Shown here piece by piece: positions 27,915-37,552 of a DNA stretch of 64,000 nucleotides. The stretch lies in the IMG/VR virus record IMGVR_UViG_2671181027_000003. One strand, 5' to 3'. The stretch's first letter is position 1; every line of letters begins with the position of its first letter. Below the pieces are notes generated by a model. That model worked only from the letters and a program-made list of their open reading frames with translations. It was not told the origin of the DNA and ran no database searches. Both the position numbers and the translations under genes were made by a program. Origin of the DNA: a virus (Duplodnaviria; Heunggongvirae; Uroviricota; Caudoviricetes).

Positions 27915-28943
27915 ATGTCTAAGTCATTACTTGATCTGCTTAACAAGACCCGTGGCGATATTGCTTCTAAACGTGGCAATAACGTTGATTTGACCCGTCT
28001 GAAAGACGGCAATAACTATCTGCGCATTTTTCCGAACAAGGACGACCCGAATGGCGTGTTCTTCCAGACTTTCGGTATGCACTACGTTAAGCATCAGAAT
28101 GAGGAAGGCAAAGATGTAACCACCGCCTACATCTGCGAACAGCACACCCACGGCCACGCTTGCCAGCTGTGTGAGATGGTTATGGAAGGTCGTGCTCGCT
28201 TTAAGGGCAACAAAGCGATGGAAGAGCGCATTAACAGTATGCGTGCTACACCGCGTTATCTGGTCAACGGTGTTCTGTCTGCGCGTGAAGACTTTGCGGA
28301 CGCAGAGAAATGCCAGCTGATTGAGCTGCCGTCTACGGTCTTCGACGATATCTGCAAAGTGATGTCCGAAGATATTGCGGATGATATCGGCAACCCACTG
28401 AGCAAAGAAGAAGGCTATGCGTTCCTGATTAAGCGTACCGGTTCCGGTCGTGACACCAAGTACGACGTATCCCCGAAACGTAAAGTCTACAAAGGCGACA
28501 TTCCTGAGAAGCTCTGGACTACCCAACACGATCTGATCGCATACGCGAACCAGGCTGACGAAACCCGTCTGCTGTCTACGGCTCGCACTATGGGTCGTCT
28601 GATTGGTATCGCGGCTCCGGCAGCAACAATGTCCTCTCCGGCCATTTCTTCCGCTGCAAAATCAGCTGCTGCTGAACTGCCAGGCTTTGGCTCTATCACT
28701 GGCCATACGGAAGGCGCAGCTGCTGTCGCTACAGCACACACTCCGGCTCCAGAGTCCACCAGCCTGGTTGATGAAGAGATCCTGCGTGCCGCTGAAGCTG
28801 AGTTCAAACCGGAAGCTAAACCGGAAGAAGTTAAAGCTCCGGAAGCCGCCGCAGCTGCAAGTGCTTCAGCATCTGCCGCCGCTGCATCTGTACCAGCTGA
28901 CGAAGGTCTCGATGACCTGCTGGCTGAACTGGACGCTCTGTAA
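27915..28943 (+). CDS. single-stranded DNA-binding protein, T4 gp32-like
   Basis: LRIFPNKDD...TAYICEQHTHGHACQLCE (His/Cys3 zinc site as in gp32) and an acidic C-terminal tail DDLLAELDAL. RBS aaggagaaatacATG. Confidence 0.65.
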   Translation: MSKSLLDLLNKTRGDIASKRGNNVDLTRLKDGNNYLRIFPNKDDPNGVFFQTFGMHYVKHQNEEGKDVTTAYICEQHTHGHACQLCEMVMEGRARFKGNKAMEERINSMRATPRYLVNGVLSAREDFADAEKCQLIELPSTVFDDICKVMSEDIADDIGNPLSKEEGYAFLIKRTGSGRDTKYDVSPKRKVYKGDIPEKLWTTQHDLIAYANQADETRLLSTARTMGRLIGIAAPAATMSSPAISSAAKSAAAELPGFGSITGHTEGAAAVATAHTPAPESTSLVDEEILRAAEAEFKPEAKPEEVKAPEAAAAASASASAAAASVPADEGLDDLLAELDAL

Positions 28944-28957
28944 TCCCATAACGTGAC

Positions 28958-28990
28958 CAGTAAGGCGTCTACGGACGCCTTACTTTTTGG
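28958..28990 (+). terminator. rho-independent terminator
   Basis: agtaaggcgtctacggacgccttactttttgg. Confidence 0.7.
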
Positions 28991-29003
28991 AAGGAGTGTA
29001 CCG

Positions 29004-29948
29004 GTGAATTATCTCTTTGTGGACGGTAACAGCCTGGGCTATTACCACCAGCAATCCGACAAATTACACAACGGCGAGATGGAAGTTCAGGCGGCTTTTG
29101 GCTTCGTGAAGAACGTTCGTCGTTACGCCTCAATTCTCCATGCCCGCCCAATGATCTTGTGGGATGGATTCAGCGACAAACGTCGCGACTTCTACCCGGA
29201 GTACAAAGCGAATCGCGATGACGACCCGGATATGAAGAAGATGAAAGAAGGCTTTGCCATCCAGAAGCCGTACATCTTGAAAATGATGACCGCGCTGGGC
29301 GTTAACCAACTCATTGCAAAAGACGCAGAAGCGGACGACCTGGCTGGAATGCTGGTCTCTCGCCTGGCTCCGCAGCCGACCGTCGATCATATCTACCTGC
29401 TGACTGGCGATGGCGACTGGCTCCAGCTGGTTCGCGAGAATGTGAGCTGGGTAAGCCTGCGTGAAGATGCCAAGCACAAGCAGGTGAACTTCGAACAGTT
29501 CGCAGAGCTGACAGGTCTGCCAACACCACGCGCGTTTCTGGAAGCGAAAGCGTTGCAGGGCGATAACTCGGACAACATCAAAGGCGTCGGCGGCATTGGT
29601 GATGGTGGCGCGAAAGAGCTGCTTCATGAATGGGGAAGCGTGGCCGCAATGGTACGCGGCATTAACGACGGCTCCATTGTCATCAACAAAGGTCGCTATA
29701 AGACGGCATTCAACAAGCTGGCAAAGAACGCCTTCAACGAGAAGACGGGCTACCGGATGCTCGAAGCCTTTAAGCGCAACATGATGCTGATGAACCTTAT
29801 CGACACAAAATTCCCACCCAGCGAAATCGAGTCGATTAAAGGCGCACGCGACATGAATGCCTTCGAACAGATGTGTTACGAGCTGAACTTCCAGTCGTTT
29901 CTGGAAGATCTGGAAGTGTTTGTTCTGCCATTTGAGAGGTACTGCTGA
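29004..29948 (+). CDS. flap endonuclease / 5'-3' exonuclease (FEN, T5 D15-like)
   Basis: NYLFVDGNSLGYY N-terminal PIN-like motif, acidic clusters LTGDGDW, and H3TH region KGVGGIG. GTG start after a ggaagga RBS. Confidence 0.8.
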   Translation: MNYLFVDGNSLGYYHQQSDKLHNGEMEVQAAFGFVKNVRRYASILHARPMILWDGFSDKRRDFYPEYKANRDDDPDMKKMKEGFAIQKPYILKMMTALGVNQLIAKDAEADDLAGMLVSRLAPQPTVDHIYLLTGDGDWLQLVRENVSWVSLREDAKHKQVNFEQFAELTGLPTPRAFLEAKALQGDNSDNIKGVGGIGDGGAKELLHEWGSVAAMVRGINDGSIVINKGRYKTAFNKLAKNAFNEKTGYRMLEAFKRNMMLMNLIDTKFPPSEIESIKGARDMNAFEQMCYELNFQSFLEDLEVFVLPFERYC

Positions 29949-30214
29949 TGCTGAAATCCATCATTAATGGCGGGGCAACTACGCCAACCATGCTGGCTAA
30001 AGAGATTGTCTTCTGCCACGGCGAGCACGCTGTGGTGGCGCTGCCGAACATTCTGGGCGCTGCTGGCATTTCTGCTACTGAGCGTGAGTTCGCGCTGGTC
30101 AGCGAGCAGGTCGTGAAGATCATCGCTCGCGTCGCCAAACACCTGAACCACGACGCAATCAAGTTTGACGAAGCCGCTGCTTCGAAGCGAATCAACGAAT
30201 CAAAAGGAGCCTAA
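29948..30214 (+). CDS. hypothetical protein
   Basis: 88-aa ORF. Confidence 0.4.
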   Translation: MLKSIINGGATTPTMLAKEIVFCHGEHAVVALPNILGAAGISATEREFALVSEQVVKIIARVAKHLNHDAIKFDEAAASKRINESKGA

Positions 30215-30216
30215 TC

Positions 30217-31293
30217 ATGGCAAAAGGCAAATCCGCACTGGCACTGGCGCTGAAAAAGAAAATCGGCAGCAATGACGAGATCCAGAAGGTCTCCCACTGG
30301 ATTGACTCCGGTTTCCCTCCACTGAACAAAGCCATTTCCGGACGTTACAACGGTGGTTTTCCGTGTGGGCGTATCGTTGAAGTCTTCGGGCCACCAAGCG
30401 CCGGTAAAACCTTTTTGGCGACGGCTGCGATGGTGTCAGCACAGAAACAGGATGGTCTGGCCGTATTCCTTGACCACGAAAACAGTTTCGACGTTGGTCT
30501 GGCGGTAGCGAACGGACTGAACGCCGACGAAGATGACGGCCAGTGGGTTTACAAACAGCCGGATACCTTCGAAGACTCCGTCGAGCTGATCGGCACAATC
30601 CTCAAGCTGGTGCGCGACGAAGAGCTTATCCCGGAAACAGCCCCTATCTGCATCGTTGCCGACTCTCTGGCGTCGATGGTTCCGAACTCGAAGGCTGAGA
30701 AGTTCGACAAGATGGCAGAAGGCACTGCGAAGGACAAAGATCAGCTGAACATGAACGACAACACGGCGCTGGCGCGCGCGACGAGTGCGAACTTCCCTAC
30801 TCTGGCGCTTTGGGCGCGTAAGTACAACGCGTGCATCATCTTCTTGAACCAGGTGCGTACCAAAATTGGCGTGATGTTTGGCGATCCGACGACGTCTCCG
30901 GGTGGCGACTCTCCGAAGTTCTACGCGTCGGTGCGCATCCGTCTGGGTGCATCCGTCATGAAGGATGGCAAAGAGAAGATCGGACAGGACGTTGGCGCCG
31001 AGTGCATTAAAAACAAAGTCGCGCCTCCGTTTGGCAAATGCTCATGGAAATTCTACTTCGACCCGACTCGCGGGCTGGACGTCATCGAATCGCTAGTTGA
31101 GTACATGCTGGAGGAAGGATACCTGCCCAAGAACGCCAGCGGGCGTGTGGAAATTGGCGATAAGAAGTACACCAAATCGCAGATCGTCGAGATGTACCGC
31201 GAGAAGCCACTCCCGGAAATCATCGCAGCACTCCAGGCGATAGACGAACGGCGAGCGAAAGAGTCGTCCCCAGCAGAGACAGAAGAAGCGTAA
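30217..31293 (+). CDS. recA: RecA-family recombinase
   Basis: Walker A GPPSAGKT, and FLNQVRTKIGVMFGDPTTSPGGDSPKFYASVRIRLG, which closely matches the RecA L2/core. Confidence 0.85.
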   Translation: MAKGKSALALALKKKIGSNDEIQKVSHWIDSGFPPLNKAISGRYNGGFPCGRIVEVFGPPSAGKTFLATAAMVSAQKQDGLAVFLDHENSFDVGLAVANGLNADEDDGQWVYKQPDTFEDSVELIGTILKLVRDEELIPETAPICIVADSLASMVPNSKAEKFDKMAEGTAKDKDQLNMNDNTALARATSANFPTLALWARKYNACIIFLNQVRTKIGVMFGDPTTSPGGDSPKFYASVRIRLGASVMKDGKEKIGQDVGAECIKNKVAPPFGKCSWKFYFDPTRGLDVIESLVEYMLEEGYLPKNASGRVEIGDKKYTKSQIVEMYREKPLPEIIAALQAIDERRAKESSPAETEEA

Positions 31294-31384
31294 TCACAAG
31301 GCGTCCGTTGGACGCCTTTTTTATACTTGAAAATATATAAGTACTTACTTATCATTTCTGCACAAAAACGACAAAAGGAAACAC

Positions 31385-31585
31385 ATGATCAAGGGTTATC
31401 TCATGGCTGTTTCAGCGGTGATATCAGTCTGCTTTATCTACGGTTTACTGGTTCCATCGCTTATCTCAGCTAAAAGCGATCTGGCCTTATTTATCGGACT
31501 TGCCATCGCTGTAGTCTTCCCGGTTGCCTTGTTAAAAGCTGGCCGCAGGTATATCAACTCACTCAATAAAACTAAGGAGAAGTAA
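31385..31585 (+). CDS. small two-TM membrane protein (possible NfeD-like partner)
   Basis: 66 aa with two hydrophobic helices, immediately upstream of the SPFH gene. Confidence 0.4.
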   Translation: MIKGYLMAVSAVISVCFIYGLLVPSLISAKSDLALFIGLAIAVVFPVALLKAGRRYINSLNKTKEK

Positions 31586-31588
31586 GTA

Positions 31589-32419
31589 ATGAAGAAAGGT
31601 TTACTGGCGGTGGCTTTGGCTGCTATTTGCACAATGGGTCTGACCGGCTGCGATCGCGTGGAACCGGGATACGTTGGCATTAAGGTAAACAAATTGGGTG
31701 AAGACAAAGGTATCGGTGAAGTTGTCGGCGTTGGCCGTCAGTGGACTGGTCTGAATACCGAACTGTACACCTTCCCCACTTTCAAACAGATGAAAACCTA
31801 CGATGAGCCGTTCACATTCCAGATGAGCGACGGTACAGCCATCGGCCACAAAATTGGTGTGGCATATCTGGTTAATCGCGACAAAGTAACTACCGTATTC
31901 CAGACCTATCGCAAAGGTGTTGATGACATTACCGACACTGATCTGCGCCAGAAGATTGCGGACTCACTGAACCGTCTGGCCAGCCGCATGACTACCGACA
32001 CGTTCATCGACGGTGGCAAGGCGTCTCTGCTCGACAATGCGCTGAAAGACATTCAGGCAGAAATGTCACCGGTAGGTATTGAGGTTATTAGCCTGTCATG
32101 GGTGGGCAAACCAGACTACCCGGACACTGTCATCGAATCTATCAATGCCAAAGTGACCGCGAACCAGAAAACGCTCCAGCGCCAGCAGGAAGTTGAACAG
32201 CGCAAGGCAGAAGCGAACATGCTGCGTGAACAAGCCGAAGGTGAAGCCGACGCTATCCGCAAGCGTGCTCAAGCAGAAGCTGATGCCATCAAGTTGCGCG
32301 GTGAAGCATTACGTCAGAATCCGAACGTCATGGAGCTGGAAGCCATCAACAAATGGAATGGCCAGTTGCCTCAGTACATGACTGAAGGGGCCAATACTCC
32401 GTTTATCGCGTTGAAGTAA
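31589..32419 (+). CDS. SPFH/band-7 (HflK/prohibitin-like) domain lipoprotein
   Basis: Lipobox LTGC. SPFH-like core YVGIKVNKLGEDKG...TELYTFPTFKQMKTYDEP. Ala/Glu/Gln-rich coiled coil at the C-terminus. Confidence 0.6.
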   Translation: MKKGLLAVALAAICTMGLTGCDRVEPGYVGIKVNKLGEDKGIGEVVGVGRQWTGLNTELYTFPTFKQMKTYDEPFTFQMSDGTAIGHKIGVAYLVNRDKVTTVFQTYRKGVDDITDTDLRQKIADSLNRLASRMTTDTFIDGGKASLLDNALKDIQAEMSPVGIEVISLSWVGKPDYPDTVIESINAKVTANQKTLQRQQEVEQRKAEANMLREQAEGEADAIRKRAQAEADAIKLRGEALRQNPNVMELEAINKWNGQLPQYMTEGANTPFIALK

Positions 32420-32581
32420 CAGCCTTTTCAAAGATACGGCGTCCACTTGGACGCCTTTTTTATTTCCGTATTATCACCAATAAGAAAACAAATTGGTTAC
32501 TAATACGGAATTACCATCCGTAGAAGTACAAAGTGACAACGCCACATAGTTGTTCGGCAACGGATGAGAAGGAGATCGGGA

Positions 32582-32953
32582 ATGAAAAATTACAGCGAGA
32601 TGACAGACTTTGAGATTAACTGCCTGGTCGCGGAAGCCACCGGCCATCGACCGCTCATCTCACAATATGGCTGGAAAGGCTCACAGGAAGGCGATTACAC
32701 AGCAGTGGTCGCCATCGGCCCGAACGGAGCCGGAACCTTCGACTGGTGTAACGATCCGGAAGATGCGTGGGACATTATTTACCGACACAGAATCGGCGTA
32801 ATCCCTGCCAGACAGCCTGGCGAGTGGAGAGCGACCCACAGAACGGTGGATAGCTCAACGCCACAACATCTGATCCAGAACCCTAACCCTTTCAGAGCGG
32901 CAATGACCGTGTTCCTTTTAATGCAGGAGAAAAAGCGTGAAGAAACTGTATGA
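32582..32953 (+). CDS. hypothetical protein
   Basis: ORF with an aaggag RBS at an internal Met of ORF 32564. Confidence 0.45.
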   Translation: MKNYSEMTDFEINCLVAEATGHRPLISQYGWKGSQEGDYTAVVAIGPNGAGTFDWCNDPEDAWDIIYRHRIGVIPARQPGEWRATHRTVDSSTPQHLIQNPNPFRAAMTVFLLMQEKKREETV

Positions 32954-33347
32954 CGCGGCCAACGCTGCGCTGGATGTAGTGGATACCGAAATTGCCCAGG
33001 GCTTCCCGGAGCCAGAATGGGCGACGCAGCTGCGTGAGGCGATTGCAGAGATGAACGCACCGGAACCTTCAGAAGATGAAGCCGACTGGCAGCGTTTCAT
33101 CAGAATGTACGCGGAAGAGATTGGCCCGACGCCCACCGCTGAACAGGCCATGCTGCTCAAGTACTTCAAGGAGGCTGGAGAGAATCTGCCGGTTGATGAT
33201 ACACCGCACTGGTTTCACGCCGCCTGGCGTAAGTTCGACGTGATCTACACCCGCGGTCTGGGAAGCAAAGATATGGTCGTCTGGCATCTGATGCACATTG
33301 ATAAGGCTGTCGACCGCACGCTGGAGAAGTTCTTTCCACCAGCCTGA
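32937..33347 (+). CDS. hypothetical protein
   Basis: 136-aa ORF. Confidence 0.45.
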   Translation: MKKLYDAANAALDVVDTEIAQGFPEPEWATQLREAIAEMNAPEPSEDEADWQRFIRMYAEEIGPTPTAEQAMLLKYFKEAGENLPVDDTPHWFHAAWRKFDVIYTRGLGSKDMVVWHLMHIDKAVDRTLEKFFPPA

Positions 33348-33417
33348 ACACAATGATTGTGCGCCGCATGGCGCACATTAATATAAATAAGTACTTACCA
33401 ACAAGGAGAAAACACAT

Positions 33418-33691
33418 GAAGATTTTGGTTCGCATTTCAGCCAGCACCGACTATGACGTTTACCCGTTGTTCATGGTCAAGTGTGATGGGCTGAACGATG
33501 AAGAAATTCAAGCGGCAATTGAGCGCAATCTCGTTGAGTACACAGGCATGGATGCGGATTCTGTGTATGTCGATGATGACGGTGTTTGTTGGCACAACGG
33601 TAGTTGCTGGTACGTCGACGACACGATGCCGGTAAGCGATGAAGACGCGGCTCATCTTGAGCGTATCTTAGGCATCAGCACTTTTGAGTGA
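33418..33691 (+). CDS. hypothetical protein
   Basis: RBS acaaggagaaaacacATG. 91 aa. Confidence 0.45.
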
Positions 33692-33730
33692 TATTTACAG
33701 CAAAAAATATATAAGTTAGTATCTACCTAT

Positions 33731-33910
33731 CATGAAAACTGTATTAGACACTTTATTACTTATTGTCTCGATAGCTTTTGTGCTCGATTGCATCTTCACC
33801 GGAGCAATCCGTAAAGCGCTGGCGCCTGTTAATGGTGCGATGGTTAATGCGCTGGCCGTAGTGCTGGTATTCGACTCAGCATTCGGCGTTATCAAAGGAG
33901 TCGTGGCATG
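33731..33910 (+). CDS. small membrane protein
   Basis: 59-aa two-helix hydrophobic ORF below the ORF-track cutoff. ATGA overlap with the next gene. Confidence 0.3.
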
Positions 33911-34243
33911 AAGAAAATAGCCCTGGCTCTGGCGCTGCTCTCCCTCCCTGTCTACGCGGACACGCACGTCTATGAGTGTGAGATGTCAGTGGCCGAAGTG
34001 AAGAACGACGTGATCCGCAATGTCATCAAAGCCAGCTACGGCGCGATGGTTGTGGACAGCGGCGAACAGTTTTATGTTGTGCGCGATGATCGCGTCCTGT
34101 CTTCCCCCTATCTCACCAAACGTAACGGCAAACTGTCTGGCGTGGGTGAAGATAAGTTCGTTTACAACAAATCAGGTGATGTCTACGGCGTTCACGCGAA
34201 GAACGCCAGCTACCTTTTCGATGACTGCAAGGAGGTTGGTTGA
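33908..34243 (+). CDS. secreted or periplasmic protein
   Basis: Signal peptide MKKIALALALLSLPVYA. Confidence 0.5.
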   Translation: MKKIALALALLSLPVYADTHVYECEMSVAEVKNDVIRNVIKASYGAMVVDSGEQFYVVRDDRVLSSPYLTKRNGKLSGVGEDKFVYNKSGDVYGVHAKNASYLFDDCKEVG

Positions 34244-34455
34244 TGGCGGTTACACTGGCAGGTCTGGAAATCGAAAAAACAAGCGGCTACTGGCGTGCCA
34301 AAGGGTTTAAGCAACCCGGCGTGCTGGAGCGACTGGAACGTGAGGACGGTGTCATTGTCCACCAGCGTCGCGAATGGCGCATGTACGATCCGGAAACAGG
34401 TAAGCTCACGACGAAGGCCGGGACACTCTGGGGTCTGCTGAAGAAAATCCACTGA
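34240..34455 (+). CDS. hypothetical protein
   Basis: 71-aa ORF with ATGA coupling. Confidence 0.4.
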   Translation: MMAVTLAGLEIEKTSGYWRAKGFKQPGVLERLEREDGVIVHQRREWRMYDPETGKLTTKAGTLWGLLKKIH

Positions 34456-34462
34456 TAACCCT

Positions 34463-35022
34463 AACCACTGCGGTGAGTAGCCAGCTCACCGCGTGCGTAT
34501 CCGGTCCATAACCACTGTAGTGAGTAAAACGCCTGCCGTGACATCCGGTATCCACTGTAGTGAGTAAAGTGGCGATTATCGACGTCGCTATCCACTGTAG
34601 GGAGTAAACAGGCGTTCATCCGCAGCAAACAACCACTATAGAGAGTGATGGAATGCGTTCTCCAGCGGGTATCCACTATGGAGAGTAAACCTTCACTGTT
34701 TTCAGCGGATATCTACTCACTACAGTGGTTAGTAAATACGGCCAACCGATTCTGCTCTCCACAGTGGATAGCCAATAACGACGGGAACAACGATAACCAC
34801 TATAGAGAGTGGATTTAACAAGATACCCAGTGACCACTAACCTCGCAGCCCTTGTTTCATCTAGGTTTGTAACCACTAACATTTATTTCGTTATTTGAGC
34901 GCTACTGCCTACAGTGGTTACTCTTCGGTTGTTGTTACTCACTACAGTGGATAGCGGATTTCAGATAAACAAAAGGCTCACTACAGTGGATAGTGAGCCT
35001 TTCTACTCTCTACAGTGGTTGG
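34463..35022. repeat. iteron array downstream of repA (incA-like); at least 14 copies of the approximately 19-bp motif in both orientations
   Basis: Repeated (A/T)(A/T)CCACTGTAGTGAGTAA and its reverse complement TACTCACTACAGTGG(A/T)TAG, with small variants such as CCACTATAGAGAGTG. Confidence 0.8.
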
Positions 35023-35023
35023 G

Positions 35024-36088
35024 CTATTTGCGAGCTTTTGCCTTGCGTAGCTCTTCGAGAATCGCCAGTTCTTCCTTGCTCAACATGACCATCTCACCGT
35101 CTTTTTCTTCAGGAACAACATCGATGATGTCCTCCTGATCATCACCAAGCAAGCTATCTTCCTGCTCTTCTGGTTCTTCCGGCGCAGCTTTAGCTGGTGG
35201 CAATGCCGGGCGTAACTTCGGCCGCCTATAGTGGATGATGAAGTAGACCGAGCTGCCGCGCTTCACTTCGGTGTAATCGAGATAGCCGATCTCCCGAAGT
35301 TGCTCCATCGCCTTCCTGACTGTCGCGTTCTGGGTAATGGTGCGGCTGGTTAAGTTAAGTCTGGCGCGTAAGCGAGCCAACGAGATTGGTGCCGGGTCAG
35401 GTGGCAAACTTTCGATGAAGGTGTAGAGCGCCTGCGCGGATTCTTTTCTGGAGAGTTCGTTAATTGCCCGGAGTTGCAGAAGAACCTTTTTGTCGAACTG
35501 GTAGAGTTCGAAAATCTTAGGATCAGCCTGCAGCGAGACCGTGTCGTTCTTTGTGCTGTACTTTGCTGTCTGCACAAGGTGCGTCACGTAATACTCATCA
35601 GAGCCTTTACTGCGGAATGAGATAGTGTTTGTGGCAATACGAGTTAGAGAACTGTCCAGGCGCTTGCGTAACTTCGCGGACGATCTGGCCGTTGGTATGC
35701 CACAGAGCCTGACGAACTCGACGAACGGTAACGTGACGGTGTCGCCAACAACCTTGTGCTTGGCGAACGCGTGGATGATGCCTACCCACGTTTTGAAGTC
35801 GTTATCCATATCCAGACGAACGCCGGAGATCCTTATGTCCTCGTACCCTTCGGCTTTGGCCAGAGACAGCTGTTTGAGTTCAGCAGAGGCGTCCATAGAG
35901 ACCATTTGCCCCTTTCTGCCCCTGGCGGTCGATTTCAGCGTCGGAACGAAGAGACCAAGACGCATCAGAGCAACAGGCTGAACTGTGTTGTTGGTGTTAG
36001 GAACTAACGTAACAACTTCACCGGTCTTTTTGTCTGTTTCTGAGAATGCTTCAACGATCGCTATGTTTTTATTGCCGTTTTCACTCAT
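35024..36088 (-). CDS. repA: plasmid replication initiator RepA (iteron-binding, P1/pMT1-type organisation)
   Basis: 354-aa ORF flanked by iteron arrays on both sides and by a GATC-rich origin-like segment upstream. This matches the P1 oriR-repA-incA layout. Charged C-terminal tail. Confidence 0.7.
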   Translation of the reverse strand: MSENGNKNIAIVEAFSETDKKTGEVVTLVPNTNNTVQPVALMRLGLFVPTLKSTARGRKGQMVSMDASAELKQLSLAKAEGYEDIRISGVRLDMDNDFKTWVGIIHAFAKHKVVGDTVTLPFVEFVRLCGIPTARSSAKLRKRLDSSLTRIATNTISFRSKGSDEYYVTHLVQTAKYSTKNDTVSLQADPKIFELYQFDKKVLLQLRAINELSRKESAQALYTFIESLPPDPAPISLARLRARLNLTSRTITQNATVRKAMEQLREIGYLDYTEVKRGSSVYFIIHYRRPKLRPALPPAKAAPEEPEEQEDSLLGDDQEDIIDVVPEEKDGEMVMLSKEELAILEELRKAKARK

Positions 36089-36129
36089 TCCAAGTGTCTC
36101 TTTTTATTCGACCGCTTTGGTGGCCTTTG

Positions 36130-36252
36130 CTGATTACAGTGGATAGTAGCACTCATCACAGCGGTTATCCTACCGCCTATAGTGGTTTTTCTACTCTCTA
36201 CAGTGGTTGGTTTGCTCTTCATAGTGGCTGATCTTCTCTCTATAGTGGATAT
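36130..36252. repeat. iteron array upstream of repA (incC/ori-like)
   Basis: TACAGTGGATAG, CTACTCTCTACAGTGGTTGG, CATAGTGGCTG and CTATAGTGGATAT copies. Confidence 0.75.
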
Positions 36253-36289
36253 CGATCACCTCTAAGGCCCTGTGGGACAACGGTTTGCG

Positions 36290-36370
36290 GGGTGCGGGGA
36301 TCTTTTTGGGTCTTTGTGGGTCTCTTTGTTTCTCTTTGGGATCTGAATTACTGGATCGGGCCTGTGTATA
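36290..36370. promoter_or_regulatory. GATC-dense, pyrimidine-tract origin-like segment
   Basis: ggggatctttttgggtctttgtgggtctctttgtttctctttgggatctgaattactggatcggg. Multiple GATC sites as in P1 oriR. Confidence 0.5.
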
Positions 36371-36524
36371 AAAATCAGGTAATTGCAAAACCAGCCATCA
36401 CTCCCCTTCTGGGGATGATGTGTGGTCGAAACAAACACGCCTGAACGCAAAAATTCCAACATCTCTATGAATATCAGCCACCTGACGTAGAAATACAGGC
36501 ACTGGGTTATCCAGTTAAGACAAT

Positions 36525-36740
36525 GTCTCCTACTCACTACAGTGGATACCGACCACTCTCCAGAGAGGTTGTTTTGCTCTTCATAGCGGTTATTATGCTC
36601 TCTACAGAGGTTATTTTCCTCCCCATAGTGGATAGTAACCCCCTCTCAGGCCAGTAACCGCAACGGCTGGAGACGATCGGGGATCTCTTTTGATCTTCTG
36701 TAGGATCTCTCTGGGGATCTAATTATTGGATCGGTCCTGT
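36525..36740. repeat. second, diverged copy of the iteron plus GATC-rich block
   Basis: ctactcactacagtggatacc...catagtggatagtaacc, followed by cgatcggggatctcttttgatcttctgtaggatctctctggggatctaattattggatcgg (6 GATC). Confidence 0.6.
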
Positions 36741-36832
36741 GAATAATGGGTATAAGTAAAACAGGCATTTGCAAACATCGGTGCGCCTTGTCAGTTATCG
36801 TTGCCCAGGACAAAACTATTTGAATAAGAATT

Positions 36833-37477
36833 ATGGATCTCAAACGCACGCGCTGGGTTCGCCGTCTTGAAGATGGCTCCTACACCATTGAATCGAACAC
36901 TAGCCTGAACAAACAGAAGTTGCTCTGCGACCTGTGTGGCATTGCGTCGAAGTGCCCGATTAACGAAACCCGGCTCAAACTCCACGACGCCGGTGCGCAC
37001 TTCCACCTGAATAGTTGCATACGTTACGTGCCACTGATGGCATTTCGTAAACCGATCATCGGATTAGACGCTCCCTACTTCAACACACTCCGCTCTGGTG
37101 TAACATGGCGAGACCGGGTCGAACCTGGCAAGCTCGTTTGTCTGGTTGAGGCTGATACTGGAAATATCATCCGGTTCGGGAGAGTCGATAAGGTCTACTC
37201 AGGCCCGGTGGATGAGATGCTGCGGAAACACAGCCGGTTTAACCATCTCTGCATGGGTGGAGAGAAGATCGAGAAGGTTGGCGAAGTGATCCGCAAATCC
37301 TACGGACACTTCCTGAACGACGACAGCCTTCTCACGGCCATCTACATTCGCCATGTCGATCGGGAGTTCGATACGGAGTATCACAGTGCTGAAGAGTTGA
37401 ATCTTGTCGACCCTCGTCCAAAAGCTGGGGTAATAAACATCAGCGTAGCGCGTCAGAAGCCCCCTGAGACGTTTTAA
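36833..37477 (+). CDS. hypothetical protein
   Basis: 214-aa ORF. Confidence 0.5.
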   Translation: MDLKRTRWVRRLEDGSYTIESNTSLNKQKLLCDLCGIASKCPINETRLKLHDAGAHFHLNSCIRYVPLMAFRKPIIGLDAPYFNTLRSGVTWRDRVEPGKLVCLVEADTGNIIRFGRVDKVYSGPVDEMLRKHSRFNHLCMGGEKIEKVGEVIRKSYGHFLNDDSLLTAIYIRHVDREFDTEYHSAEELNLVDPRPKAGVINISVARQKPPETF

Positions 37478-37552
37478 ACGTAAACTCATGGTTTTACCGG
37501 GGCATAAAATATGGTGTCTTAGAAAGACACTGAGAGCTTTAGGGATTAATAC

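Noticed and set aside
34463-36252. Regularly repeated approximately 19-bp motif, which could be mistaken for a CRISPR array
   Set aside because: The repeats occur in both orientations with irregular spacing, flank a rep gene on both sides and lack a leader or cas genes. This is iteron behaviour, not CRISPR.
36500-36520. DnaA-box-like sequence GTTATCCAG near the second origin block
   Set aside because: Single imperfect match to TTATCCACA. Insufficient to call a DnaA box.
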